In this document: positions 33,032 to 56,500 of the stretch, piece by piece | How positions within the stretch are numbered: the first letter of the stretch is position 1 | How the letters are laid out: each line of letters opens with the position of its first letter | DNA from: Chrysomallon squamiferum | Lineage: Eukaryota; Animalia; Mollusca | DNA length: 64,000 bases | NCBI GenBank assembly: GCA_012295275.1 | Contig: CM022678.1 | Span: 9,362,001 to 9,426,000 of the forward strand | Direction: 5' to 3' | Position numbers and translations under genes: made by a program | The notes under the pieces: model-generated | Databases searched by the model: none | Told to the model about the DNA's origin: nothing | Seen by the model: the letters and a program-made list of their open reading frames with translations, nothing else

Positions 33032-34095
33032 GTAATTTGTAAGACTTTAATTTTCTTATAAAACGTCTTTATACAGTTAGAGACAGAGTGTAACAAGCAA
33101 TTTGTAAGACTTTAATTTTCTTATAAAACGTCTTTATACAGTTAGAGACAGAGTGTAACAAGCAATTTGTAAGACTTTAATTTTCTTATAAAACGTCTTT
33201 ATACAGTTAGAGACAGAGTGTAACAAGTAATTTGTAAGACTTTAATTTTCTTATAAAACGTCTTTATACAGTTAGAGACAGTGTAACAAGTAATTTGTAA
33301 GACTTTAATTTTCTTATAAAACGTCTTTATACAGTTAGAGACAGAGTAACAAGTAATTTGTAAGACTTTAATTTTCTTATAAAACGTCTTTATACAGTTA
33401 GAGACAGACTGTAACAAGTAATTTGTAAGACTTTAATTTTCTTATAAAACGTCTTTATACAGTTAGAGACAGAATGTAACAAGTAATTTGTAAGACTTTA
33501 ATTTTCTTATAAAACGTCTTTATACAGTTAGAGACAGACTGTAACAAGTAATTTGTAAGACTTTAATTTTCTTATAAAACGTCTTTATACAGTTAGAGAC
33601 AGACTGTAACAAGTAATTTGTAAGACTTTAATTTTCTTATAAAACGTCTTTATACAGTTAGAGACAGACTGTAACAAGTAATTTGTAAGACTTTAATTTT
33701 CTTATAAAACGTCTTTATACAGTTAGAGACAGACTGTAACAAGTAATTTGTAAGACTTTAATTTTCTTATAAAACGTCTTTATACAGTTAGAGACAGAGT
33801 GTAACAAGTAATTTGTAAGACTTTAATTTTCTTATAAAACGTCTTTATACAGTTAGAGACAGTGTAACAAGTAATTTGTAAGACTTTAATTTTCTTATAA
33901 AACGTCTTTATACAGTTAGAGACAGACTGTAACAAGTAATTTGTAAGACTTTAATTTTTATAAAAACGTCTTTATACAGTTAGAGACACAGAGTGTAACA
34001 AGTTTGTAATTTGTAAAAAAACTTTATATAGTTTAGAGTGTAAAAGTTTTATATATAAAACGTTATTTTAGAGACAGAGTTTAACAAGTAATTTG
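33017..34095. repeat. 65-bp minisatellite, ~15 copies
   Basis: gtaacaagtaatttgtaagactttaattttcttataaaacgtctttatacagttagagacagagt at 33025, 33090, ... Confidence 0.95.
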
Positions 34096-34557
34096 TAAAA
34101 TTTTTAAAAAAAACTCTTTATAATTATACAATCAGTCCAAATTTGTAAGACTTTAATTTTTTTGTACTTTTACTATAAGAATAAATCTAATTTCTAATCT
34201 TTGTATTTTTATAATTTTAATTATAAAAAAAATAAATTCTAGTGATTCTGTTGTTAGCAAAAAGTAAACAGTTATTCATCAGTAGCATAAAATATTTTAA
34301 AATAGTAAAATCAAAAAAAAACTTTAAATTTATTGATCAAAAACAGTAATTTAAATCATTTTGATTTTTCTTTTTTTTCAGTCAAAATCGTTATAAATGA
34401 TAACAGAAGACAATTATGATCACATTTTTACTAAATTTTATATTTTAGAAATAATAAAAAAAAAAAAAAATTTCAAAATTCAAACTGTAAAATTTTGTAA
34501 ATTTTTTATAAACGTCTTTATAAGTTTGTAAATTTAAATGTCAAAATGTCATCCCAA

Positions 34558-35265
34558 AACTGAATTTAAATTTAAAAAATCCCAAATTCAGTTTACATTT
34601 TGAAAATACAAACTTGAATTTACAATTTAAAAATCCCAAATTCAGTTTACATTTTGAAAATACAAACTTGAATTTACAATTTAAAATCCCAAATTCAGTT
34701 TACATTTTGAAAATACAAACTTGAATTTACAATTTAAAAATCCCAAATTCAGTTTACATTTTGAAAATAAATTTTTAAAATTAAATTTAAAAAAAAATAA
34801 AATTCAGAAAAAAAATTTTAATTTAAATTTTTAAAAAATTTAAAAAAAAAAATTGAATTTTTAAAAACAATTTTTAATTTTGAAAATACAAACTTGAATT
34901 TACAATTTAAAAATCCCAAATTCAGTTTACATTTTGAAAACACAAACTTGAATTTACAATTTAAAAATCCCAAATTCAGTTTACATTTTGAAAATACAAA
35001 CTTGAATTTACAATTTAAAAATCCCAAATTCAGTTTACATTTTGAAAATACAAACTTGAATTTACAATTTAAAAATCCCAAATTCAAATTCAGTTTAATT
35101 TTGAAAATACAAACTTGAATTTACAATTTAAAAATCCCAAATTCAGTTTACATTTTGAAAATACAAACTTGAATTTACAATTTAAAAATCCCAAATTCAG
35201 TTTACATTTTGAAAACACAAAATTAAACTTGAATTTACAATTAAAACTGCCAACTTCAGTTTACA
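34558..35265. repeat. 54-bp minisatellite
   Basis: cttgaatttacaatttaaaaatcccaaattcagtttacattttgaaaatacaaa repeated. Confidence 0.93.
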
Positions 35266-35589
35266 AAACTAACTTCTGAATATCATATTTCTAAAACTGA
35301 GTACTTAAATTCTCAATACATCATTTATTTATTTCATAAACATTTGTCTAGCATTTAATATGAATGATATTGTAATAAAATTTTGAATAATCATAGACAT
35401 GGTTTTGTAACTTGTAAAGTGAAAAATTCAATAAGAGTGTTCGCATGTGTGTGTTGTGTAATTTGTGAAAAGTTGAGAAAAATGCAAACATCCAGCTTGC
35501 ATGAGAAAAAACTGCCAGTGCCTCAGGTAAATGTCACTTGTGTCAGTGAAATACAAAACTGTTTAAAATAAAATTAAAATGTTATCACT

Positions 35590-35882
35590 TAATAAAACTG
35601 TTGTCACTAAAATAATAAAACTGTTGTCACTAAAATAATAAAAAACTGTTGTCAAATAAAATAAAATAAAAAACTGTTGTCACTAAAATAATAAAACTGT
35701 TGTCACTAAAATAATAAAACTGTTGTCACTAAAATAATAAAACTGTTGTCACTAAAATAATAAAACTGTTGTCACTAAAATAATAAAACTGTTGTCACTA
35801 AAATAATAAAACTGTTGTCACTAAAATAAAACTGTTGTCACTAAAATAATAAAACTGTTGTCACTAAAATAATAAAACTGTT
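35590..35882. repeat. 23-bp minisatellite
   Basis: aataaaactgttgtcactaaaat repeated ~12 times. Confidence 0.93.
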
Positions 35883-36523
35883 ATGCTTTCTGAGAATGTC
35901 CCTTAAATTCCCCAGAAACAGACAGTAGTTGCCATATATGGTCATGTCACATGACCATACAGTTCCCAGTGCTAACACAAGCTCCCAATAGGAGGCAGTC
36001 ATGTTAATCTATCTTGCTAACACTTCCTCCCCACTCATTTCTTTAAAACATCACACACTGACCTGTATAGATTACACACTTCTCAACTTCAACTATTCAC
36101 ATCTACAGCAACAAAAAAACATTTAATCATAATTTTAATTGATGTAATAAAGTCTGTGATATATCTCTGTCTCTCTCACCCCCCCAACAGGAACATGTTA
36201 CTCAGTAACAAACTGCCTGTTACACTGCAGCAGCAACTGAGCCAAAAGTACTTGAAATCTGTAACAGTTTGAGCATGAGGAGAGTTACTTTCCAGAACAA
36301 CTGCAGAGAGGGGTAGGTTATGAGGATTACCATGCTGACCAGCTCGTGACCTAGATGAGCGTCTTACAGGAGCAGCATTTACATCTTGTGATGATGTCTC
36401 TCATTCTGTTACATTCACATCTCCTCTGTCTCAATAACACGGCAAAATCAAGACCACAAGTTCATCAAACAATGGGAAGTTTCCTGGCTAAGGGACCGTT
36501 AGAAATCCTTGTTATTGTTTTCA

Positions 36524-36641
<118 letters not shown>

Positions 36642-37079
36642 CAAAAAAAGATAATATAAATACATTTCCACTATAAAATAAAACCCCAAAGTTTTTCTCA
36701 GTTTATTTACAAATACGTATAATTTGCATTTTTATTTGGATCCTTTCCTTAAGGATCCAAAATATAATATGATTTTTTTCTAAAGTAATATAATAAAAAT
36801 TAAAATAAGATATTATAATACACATATATCACGTTCAAAAATAACTTTAAAAAATGTAAATAAACAACAAAAATAGTAAAAAAAAAAAATATTATTTTCC
36901 TAAAGAGCCTGAATATAAAAAAATATATATATATTGTAGAATATTATCAACTCCTAATTTAGACAATGATAAAATTGGTTGGTCTCTATGCAGACGTGTT
37001 TCAACAAATAGGCTCAAGAAACTGTTCCACTGTTTTTATTTTTACACTTGAATGTCACAATTCCCACCCTTCAATCTCT

Positions 37080-37630
37080 CAGCTTTCTGATTTTCATCAA
37101 TATCCAGCTTTCTGATTTTCATCAATATCCAGCTTTCTGATTTTCATCAATATCCAGCTTTCTGATTTTCATCAATTTCCAGCTTTCTGATTTTCATCAA
37201 TTTCCAGCTTTCTGATTTTCATCAATTTCTGATTTTCATCAATATCCAGCTTTCTGATTTTCATCAATTTCCAGCTTTCTGATTTTCATCAATTTACAGC
37301 TTTCTGATTTTCATCAATTTCCAGCTTTCTGATTTTCATCAATTTCCAGCTTTCTGATTTTCATCAATTTCCAGCTTTCTGATTTTCATCAATTTCCAGG
37401 TTTCTGATTTTCATCAATTTCCAGGTTTCTGATTTTCATCAATTTCCAGCTTTCTGATTTTCATCAATTTCCAGCTTTCTGATTTTCATCAATTTCCAGC
37501 TTTCTGATTTTCATCAATTTTCAGACTTTTCTGATTTTCATTCATTTTTTCAATTTCCAGGTTTCTGATTTTCATCATTTTCCAGCTTTCTGATTTTCAT
37601 TTCAAATTTTCAATTTTTTTGATTTTCATC
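37080..37630. repeat. 25-bp minisatellite
   Basis: ccagctttctgattttcatcaattt repeated ~20 times. Confidence 0.93.
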
Positions 37631-38510
37631 TTTTTTTTGACTTTCTCTTTTCATTCTTTCATTTTTGAAATCAGCTTTTTTCATCAACATCTTAACATTA
37701 TCACATGATTTCTGAACATATTTTCATTTTTCATCGAACAGTCAAAACTTTTTGTGGACTTTATCAAATTTAAATTTTATCAACACTTTCCTTCATTTTT
37801 TTCTTTTTTAGATTTTTTTTTTTTTTTTTTCTTTTTTCTTTTATCATATGATTTTTGAACATTTGAACATTATCACATGATTTCTGAATGCTTTAATCAA
37901 AGGATCATTTTTTGGTAAACAGTTTTAAACTTATTTTTATCTGAAAGAAATATAATTTTTTATTTTTATATCTCATTAATTTAGACTTTTTTTTTTTTTA
38001 TCTCTACATATACCCAATTTTTTTTTTTTATTTTTTTTTTCTGAATATTTATTTTTTTTTTTTTTATATTAGACTTTTATTTTATTTTTATCTCTACATT
38101 ATACCCAATTTTTTTTATTAGACTTTTTTTTTATTTTTTTTTTTTTTTAGACTTTTTATTTTTTTTTTTTCTCTACATATACCCAATTTTTTTTTTTTTT
38201 AGACTTTTATTTTATTTTTATCTCTACATATACCCAATTTTTTTTTTTATTAGACTTTTTTTATTTTTATCTCTACATTATACCAATTTTTTTTATATTA
38301 GACTTTTATTTTATTTTTATCTCTACATTTACCCAATTTTTTTTCTTCTCCTTGACATCATTTCTTACTAATTCTCATATGTCAGTATTTTAACATGTTT
38401 CAGTAAAATATAAAATTCTTAAAATTTGAGTGTAAGTATAAAAATCTGATTTTCTTTATGTGAGACCTTACCTTCTTTCTGAATAACCAGTACACACCAT
38501 GAAATGAATG

Positions 38511-38631
<121 letters not shown>

Positions 38632-38696
38632 CTTACTACAAAACTAATCTAAATCACATTAATTGATACAATTATCATTAAAAGTTGTTTTCTCAC

Positions 38697-45610
<6,914 letters not shown>

Positions 45611-45676
45611 CTGTGAAAATAAAACAAAACATTCAGAAAATCTGAAACTATGTAAAATGAAAATAATAACAATAAC

Positions 45677-45720
<44 letters not shown>

Positions 45721-46219
45721 GAATAAGAAGAAGAAAGAAGAAGAAGAAGAAGAACAAGAAGAACAACAACAACAACAACAACAACAACAATAAAAATAAA
45801 ATGAAAATAATTCCTCATGTAAAAGCTGGTAACATATTTTCCAAACCCCAGAGCTCCACAGCTGATTTATCAAAGGCTGTTTATGAGAAGGTTCACATAA
45901 AACAGCCCCCCTTCCTGCTGATCAGTAAAAACAGACCATGTGTCAGATGGTTTCTACTCTCTCTTATCAGCATCATACCACAATCACAGGCTTAATATTT
46001 AATACTTCAGTCTTCTCAGTGAATCACTCATTTCACTCACTGAGCAATTTGACATTCAACACTTAATTAACTATCTATCTATGTTTTCTGTTAATATTTT
46101 AATTATGACTGCTGTTGAGTTAAATCCTATGTTAACAAATAACCAGTCAGATTTATAATTATCTTAGTTAATAACTTAATGGGAATATAAATATCTCAGT
46201 TAATTTAGTTTGTTGTTAC

Positions 46220-46548
46220 TCAAGTTAATTAACTCAGTTAATAAGGTTAATCATGTTATTTAGTTAACTGACTAAGATAATAAATTAACTGTTTCAGTTG
46301 TAAAAGTTAATTAACTCAGTTAATAAGGTTAATCATGTTATTTAGTTAACTGACTAAGATAATAAATTAATTGTTTCAGTTGTAAAAGTTAATTAACTCA
46401 GTTAATATTTTTAGTTAACTGACTAAGATAATAAATTAATTGTTTCAGTGAACTCAGTTAAAAAGGTTAATCATGTTATTTAGTTAACTGACTAAGATAA
46501 TAAATTAATTGTTTCAGTTGTAAAAGTTAATTAACTCAGTTAAAAAGG
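46220..46548. repeat. ~83-bp AT-rich minisatellite
   Basis: gttaattaactcagttaataaggttaatcatgttatttagttaactgactaagataataaattaa.tgtttcagttgtaaaa repeated. Confidence 0.8.
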
Positions 46549-47015
46549 TGTCACAGGGCCCACACATTTAAACATCTTGGATGTTTTACTAAGGCTCAGT
46601 CTAGGGTAACAAGGTGCTTTAATGGCCACCTAACAGGGAAGATAAACACTAAATTGACAGCAATCTATATAAATCAGTACGTAAATGTATCCACTAGACA
46701 AATAAACAGAACACAAGTTGAGGTACAAGTTAATTATTTAATTAAGATATACAGGTGACTTGATAATAATACATTATACAATCCTAAAACATATGTTTAA
46801 GTAATTTAGATTAATGATACGAGAAAGGTCATATGGGGAACCAAGACAGAATAAGATTCTGCACAGAGGACACAGTAAAACATTAAATGTTACTGACACA
46901 GTTTAATCACACAGGACACCCTATCAAAACAAGAACAGACAACTGCTTACCATACTCGTCTGTAAAGACGACGTCTTTCAAAAACTTTGGTTTCCCCTCC
47001 TGACTGAACTGAGAT

Positions 47016-49566
<2,551 letters not shown>

Positions 49567-49849
49567 AAAACAAAGATAATTTAATTTTTTAGTTTTTTTA
49601 TTAGTAACATTATTTAGTGTTAAATGTATATCAATGCCATTTACTGATACAAATGAATGTTTGTTGAAAAATCAGTATCTTTTAACATAAATAGTTATAA
49701 TATGATATCAGTACAAAACAACAGAAAAAAAATAAGCATTCACACACATATATATAGTCAGATACACTCACTTGTGTATACAAAAACTTTCACATATATT
49801 AATTGTATTTTTCATGAACAATTTCAACAATAGATGTAAAAGGAAGAAA

Positions 49850-51075
49850 AGCTGATGTTATTTCATGTGCAATATCAGCCACTTGGAATAAAATACCTAA
49901 ATAGTAATAATTTATTTATATAATTAATGAATGGGTTCTGTAAAAGTGGTTGAGACAATATTTCGTCTGTATCAAAAGGGAAAATATGTTCTGTGTTATT
50001 AACACAGTCCCAAGCTGATAACATTTCAGCATCAAAAGGGTTGAGAACTTTTAAAGCATCTTTACTGTAAACTATCTTAAAAATGTCAATTTAAATTCAT
50101 ATTCATATATTTTCCAAGAAATATTCAGATTGTATATTTCCAAACAATTTAAAAATTATTATCAAAGTATTTCTTTAAGATTTAAATACAAAAACCCATT
50201 TTCTTTAATGAAACATCTTGAACATTTAGCTCACCTGACTTTTTATTTTCAGTTACTGTTGAATACTTTATTAAAGGCATTTTTCCATTACACACAAATT
50301 TACAAAATAACTTGTGAATTTCATTTTCTTCCCAGTTTGTTACATTTATTGTGCTAATCATAGATCACAGTTTAGATGTTAATAAAGAATTCCATACTTC
50401 TGCTTTTCCTTCTAAAGTAAGTTTCATTCGACTCCATAAATTAATTAAATTACAAATTTTATCAAATTTATTTTTCCAGTTTAACCTTTCACATAATGAG
50501 TTGTTTGGTCCTAAATATATACCTAGAATTTTAACACAATCTTTATTCACTGATATCAGAATGTTAAATGATAAGTATTTTTATAGTCTTACCAAGACAA
50601 AGTACTTCTGACTTACCTATATTGACTTTTACACATTTACTGTATTAAAAACAGATTCTACTGACTGAGCATCACAGACTGTTACAGTAGAATCATCTGC
50701 ATGCTGAAATAATAAACAACTAAACTCATTTGTTATTCTAATTCCATTCATGCTGTGTCTACTTATTATTAAATTATTTAAGGGTTCAGCTACAATAAGA
50801 TAAAGCATCATTGGTATTGGACATCCTTGTCTAACACCTCTTGTAATATTAAAGAAAAGTGTTAAATGTCCATTAATCTTGACACAACTTTTTAGATCAT
50901 TACAGAGTATTTTAATCCATGTTATAAATTTTTCATTGAAATTGAATTTTTTCAGAACTTTTATTATAAAACTATGTGACACTCTATCAAAAGCTTTTCT
51001 TGATCCATTTTAACAATAATCACTTCAGTTTTATTTAACTCAGCAATATCTGTAACATCCCTCACTACATAATAT
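49850..51075 (-). mobile_element. Decayed L1/Tx1-type LINE reverse transcriptase fragment
   Basis: EKAFDRVSHSF..WIKIL..VKINGHL..RGVRQGCP..LYLIVAEPL..QHADD..VKILGIYLG..LWSRMKLTLEGK (ORFs 50629-50982 and 50365-50550). Confidence 0.88.
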
Positions 51076-51604
51076 TATCAGCAACATCTCTTCCTTTTAC
51101 ACATACATACACACACACACATACACACACATACACACATATACCCACATACACACACATACACACACATGCACATACTTACGCACACGCACACACACAT
51201 GCGCATACACATGCACACATATGCATTCGAATAAAAACATCCATGCAAACACAGATACAAACACACTCACACAGAAACACACACACACAGAAACTGACTC
51301 ACACATAGACAAACACACATCATACAAATACAGACACATTCACACACACATGTAGACATACAAACTTAATACAATACCCATACACACTCACACACATATA
51401 TATACACACATACACAGAAACACACACACATACATACATACATACATATAACATGCAGCATAAAAACTCACTCTTACACATACAAAGATAATTATGTAGA
51501 AACAAAATGACACACAGTGCTATAAAGAGATAAGAGGTATATAAAAATATCACTTGTTTGTAGGTAAAAAGATGATGGAGGTAGAGCATGTGCCAGTGAT
51601 AGAA

Positions 51605-52192
51605 GCAGAAAACAGCAGTAACACAGTCAGTGAAAACACCAGTAACACAGTCAGTGAAAACAGCAGTAACACAGTCAGTGAAAACACCAGTAACACAGTC
51701 AGAAACTAGCTTAAAGAGAACAGCAGTAACACAGTCAGTGAAAACAGCAGTAACACAGTCAGTGAAAACACAGTTCAGTCAGAAACCAGCTTAAAGAAAA
51801 CACCAGTAACACAGTCAGTGAAAACACAGTTCAGTCAGAAACTAGCTTAAAGAAAACAGCAGTAAAACAGTCAGTGAAAACACAGTTCAGTCAGAAACTA
51901 GCTTAAAGAGAACAGCAGTAACACAGTCAGTGAAAACACAGTTCAGTCAGAAACTAGCTTAAAGAAAACAGCAGTAACACAGTGAGTGAAAACACAGTTC
52001 AGTCAGAAACTAGCTTAAAGAGAACAGCAGTAACACAGTGAAAACACAGTTCAGTCAGAAACCAGCTTAAAGAGAACAGCAGTAACACAGTGAGTGAAAA
52101 CACAGTTCAGTCAGAAACGAGCTTACAGAGAACAGCAGTAACAGTCAGTGAAAACACAGTTCAGTCAGAAACCAGCTTAAAGAGAACAGCAG
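51605..52192. repeat. 56-bp minisatellite built on a 22-bp subunit
   Basis: cagtgaaaacacagttcagtcagaaactagcttaaagagaacagcagtaacacagt; the left part is (cagtaacacagtcagtgaaaac)n. Confidence 0.9.
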
Positions 52193-53109
52193 CAGAAAGT
52201 GGTGATGGAACAACTACAGCAACAACAGCAGATTTGAAGAAAACAGAATCAAGCATGTTGCATTTTGACTATCATATTTCTCAAAGAAATGTAAAAATAA
52301 AATGTCTGATCAAAGGATATCGCTACTTTCATGTAAAATGTATTTGCATAATTTATCAGTTTGAAATAAGTCTTATGAAATCAAAATGTATTTTTTAAGA
52401 AAGTGAACATATTTCTGTATAGCTAATATTTTGTTAACAGTTTATATATTTTAATACAAATATGAGTACATTACAAATAAACTCATTAGTTGATGATAGT
52501 TTGTATTTAACTTATAGCATATGTGCTGTCTTAATCCAGCCATGGCTGTAAACCAAATAATACAGATCTTTACAAGACACACTGTTTTTAGTCACCATGC
52601 CAACACATATATTCCATTTACCGGTTGCCATGGCTATGTTTTACGTATTTTAAATAAAACTCTGCTTTCAGGGAATGTGGGTAGACTGGAGGCTGCACAA
52701 GGAAATGTGTGTCAGACTTACCCATTTTTATTTTACTTTTTATTTTTTTATTTTTTTTTAAAGATTTGAAATATGTACCCAAGTAATCAGTGTAATAAAG
52801 TAAAAATATTCAGTTAATAAATGTTTTAAAGTATGACCTAATAACTAACTTTGTACATTCTTTATATTAAGATGTTTTGTTGTTTTGTTTGCTTTTATTA
52901 GAAATAAAACATTGTATTAAATATTATAAAAATAGAATAAAAATCTATTTCTCTTTTTATTGTTGTTGTTATTTTATATATTTGTAGAATTGTATCAAAT
53001 ATTATTCATGTTTTTTATTGTTGTTGTTTTTTTATTAGAAAGAAATGTATCAACATTGAAAGACTAATTTATTATTATTACATTAAGAGAGTTTTATTTC
53101 TCCTTTCAT

Positions 53110-53298
53110 TTATATAGTAGGGATTAGAAGCACTGTTATTGTTACATCAAAGACAAGTTATATAGTAGGGATTAGAGGTACTGTTATTGTTACATCAAAG
53201 ACCAGTTATATGGTAGGGATTAGAGGTACTGTTATTGTTACATCAAAGACAAGTTATATAGTAGGGATTAGAGGTACTGTTATTGTTACATCAAAGAC
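53110..53298. repeat. 48-bp minisatellite, 4 copies
   Basis: tatatagtagggattagaggtactgttattgttacatcaaagacaagt. Confidence 0.9.
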
Positions 53299-53387
53299 AC
53301 AAGGAACTGGGTGTAGGCATCAAGTTTTTTCAATTCAGGAAGAACTCGAGCTACAACAAGCAACCATCCACTTTAGCAACTGTCTTA

Positions 53388-53595
53388 CCTGACCAGCTGC
53401 CACCCAACTCCAATCTTGACCAGCTTTCACCCAACTGGAAACCTGACCAGCTGTCACCCAACTTGGAACCTGACCAGCTGTCACCCAACTCGAATCTTGA
53501 CCAGCTGTCACCCAACTCGAAACCTGACCAGCTGTCACCCAACTTGGAACCTGACCAGCTGTCACCCAACTCGAAACCTGACCAGCTGTCACCCA
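53388..53595. repeat. 27-bp GC-richer minisatellite (reads PDQLSPNxx), ~8 copies
   Basis: cctgaccagctgtcacccaactcgaaa variants. Confidence 0.9.
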
Positions 53596-56500
53596 GTGAA
53601 GGAGCCAGTTTGATGTGTGTCTCCAGAGACAGCTGTTGTCTCATGATGTCTCTTAGATCAGGCTGTCAAAGGAGTCCACTGCAGGAGGACAAGAGTTTGT
53701 GAAATGAAATTGTGAAGTGAAAAAAGCTGTCAAACAAAATGTTTCAACAACAATTTTTTTTGTGCAACTCAAGATGTTATTCAAGTTTGAACTGCTGTAA
53801 TAAACAGAACACAACTTGTGATTTGTTTCAAAATAAATGTTTTCATTTTGCCTAAAGACTAAAGGTCCATTTCAGTCATTTGGCCTAATTCCTATAAATT
53901 TTACTCATTAGGACAAAACCCTGGTTGTCTTCGGTTGTATGCTAAACATTTCAACCATTCGGGCAAATGACTAGTTTGACATACTGACTGTAACATGTAT
54001 ACATTAAATTCACAGACACTCTTCAAAAAACTCACTAGCACATTTTCCTTCACACACACACACACACACAAACACACAGGCACACAGACACAAACACACA
54101 GGCACATAGACACAAACACACAGGCACATAGACACAAACACACAGGCACATAGACACAAACACAGACATAAACACAAACACACACACAAACGCACAGGCA
54201 CACAGAAACAAACACACAGGCACATAGACACAAACACAGACATAAACACACACACACACACACACAAACACACAGGCACACAGACACAAACACACAGGCA
54301 CATAGACACAAACACACAGGCACATAGACACAAACACACACTAACACACACACACAAACACACAGGCACACAGACACAAACACACCGGCACATATACACA
54401 AACACAGACATAAACACATTTCCCTTCACATACACACACACACATATATTTCCCTTTACATACACACCATACCCATTCTCTCTGTAACAAATCATATACT
54501 CAACTTACACACCTATATACAACACCTATTTCTACGTTATAATACATAAATGTGCCAACCTAAAAGTTTTTCTATTTTTATTTTATCTATCTGCTCACAT
54601 TCTGATCCATACAAATAACCATCTGTGAATCATCTGTCCATCTCACTGGCTGCCTCCTTGCATAACTATTTTACAACCTCTGTCTTTCTGTATGTCTGTC
54701 CCTTTATAACACAAGCACACTCATTCATACACATTCTAGCACATTAAACACATGAACCTGCTCTTCCATACAGATGTGGTTACACTTATCTACCTCTCCA
54801 CCACTCTGTATCTCTCTTTGTATCTATATATCAACCTGTTGAGTAACTATCTACACAAAAACCTACCTATCTACCTATCTACACACATACCTACCTGTCT
54901 ACCTATCTACACACATACCTACCTGTCTACCTATCTACACACATATCTACCTGTCTACCTATCTACCACTCTACATCTCTCTTTGTATCTATATATCAAC
55001 CTGTTGAGTACCTATCTACACACAAACCTACCTGTCTACCTATCTACACACACACCTACCTGTCTCAATATTATCTGTTCTCGTTCAATAGTAAATGCAG
55101 ATTAAAAAAAAAATTGTTTTTTTTAGCAGACGCAAACCACATGCGAGTCACAAACAAAAGTCTCGATTTTGACTTTAGTTTCACGTCATCCAAAAGAAAA
55201 AAGACTACCATGAATAAAAACAACAACAACAGCAACAACAACATCAACAACAACAAAACTACTGAGAGGTAATGAGGAAGGGATCACAGCTACCTGTACT
55301 GCAGAATTAGAAACACCAAGACAACATTTTCCTAAACCACTCACATTTCCATTTCTAATGACCTCTTTGAGAAGATCACCAGGATTTCAGAGGCAGTCCA
55401 GAGAATCAAGAATTTCAGCTGCCTGACCTTTGTGTTACTGCAGCTGAAAAACAGAATTAACATATTAAGAGTAATAAAAAAAATAAAATTCAATAATAAC
55501 ATGAAAATATTTTTAAAACAGTGTTTAATTTGGAAAATGCTGTCCCAGTGGGAAAATGGATTCTCAAACAGGAAATTAATTTTATCCTAGGATTAAAGTA
55601 TTTATACAATTACAAAGATTTCCAGAGTTGGTTTTTTTTTCATTTGCAATTTTGTGATGTTAACTAAAATTATGAAGTAATTAATATATCTAGAATTTAC
55701 TCTTCACTTTTAGTTTGAAGTCAGAGTATTAATCATCACATACACATAAACACATGCAAAATGCATTTACTAATATATATATATACATACAGCATTAAAT
55801 TGAAATACAAAACTGGAAATAAAGATCTAGTTCATGTACTTTCTGATTTATAAACATGGCAGAAACTAATCAATCAGTACAGAAGTATAAACAGCACTGA
55901 ATGTACAAGTTCAAGACAAAGGAGCTGCTGAATAAAAATCAGTTTTCATATAGTTTTACACAGACACACTGGACAAATGTCTGAAGATGTTGCGAGATAC
56001 AGCAAAAACTCTGAGTATTTCAAAGTCCACACTACAACACTGTGTGACAAAGATGAAACATCTCGACGTGACCTCCAAGCCAAAGAACAAGAATAGTCTG
56101 GTTTTTGACGCAGTTACCTAAGTGTGGACAGTGTCAGAAATGTCACACACAACAATGAAATGTACACAGTGATATAACCCTTTTAGCTATTCTGGTGGAA
56201 ATCACTACAAAAACTCTGACCATTGCTGATCCCTGGCAAAAACCGCAAAGGATCACATGAAATAGATGAAATAAATAAATAAATAAATAAATACCATACA
56301 GCTTCATTAAGACATCTTCATTATGAAAGTTTTTATATAACTTATTTATCCAGTTAAAATAAATTTCAGTTCATGTTATGTGTTAAATTTTCTTATTTCC
56401 TGTAAAATGTAATTTTCTAACAAGAATAAATAGTATTACCCAAAAAGAACTTACCTTTTTTTCCCACTATTGATGTTTCATGCTTTCTTCTCAACACATC

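Noticed and set aside
52255-52400. Possible SWIM/YqaJ-type ORF relic (..LIKGYRYFH..)
   Set aside because: Too short, with no catalytic or Cys/His motif to support it.
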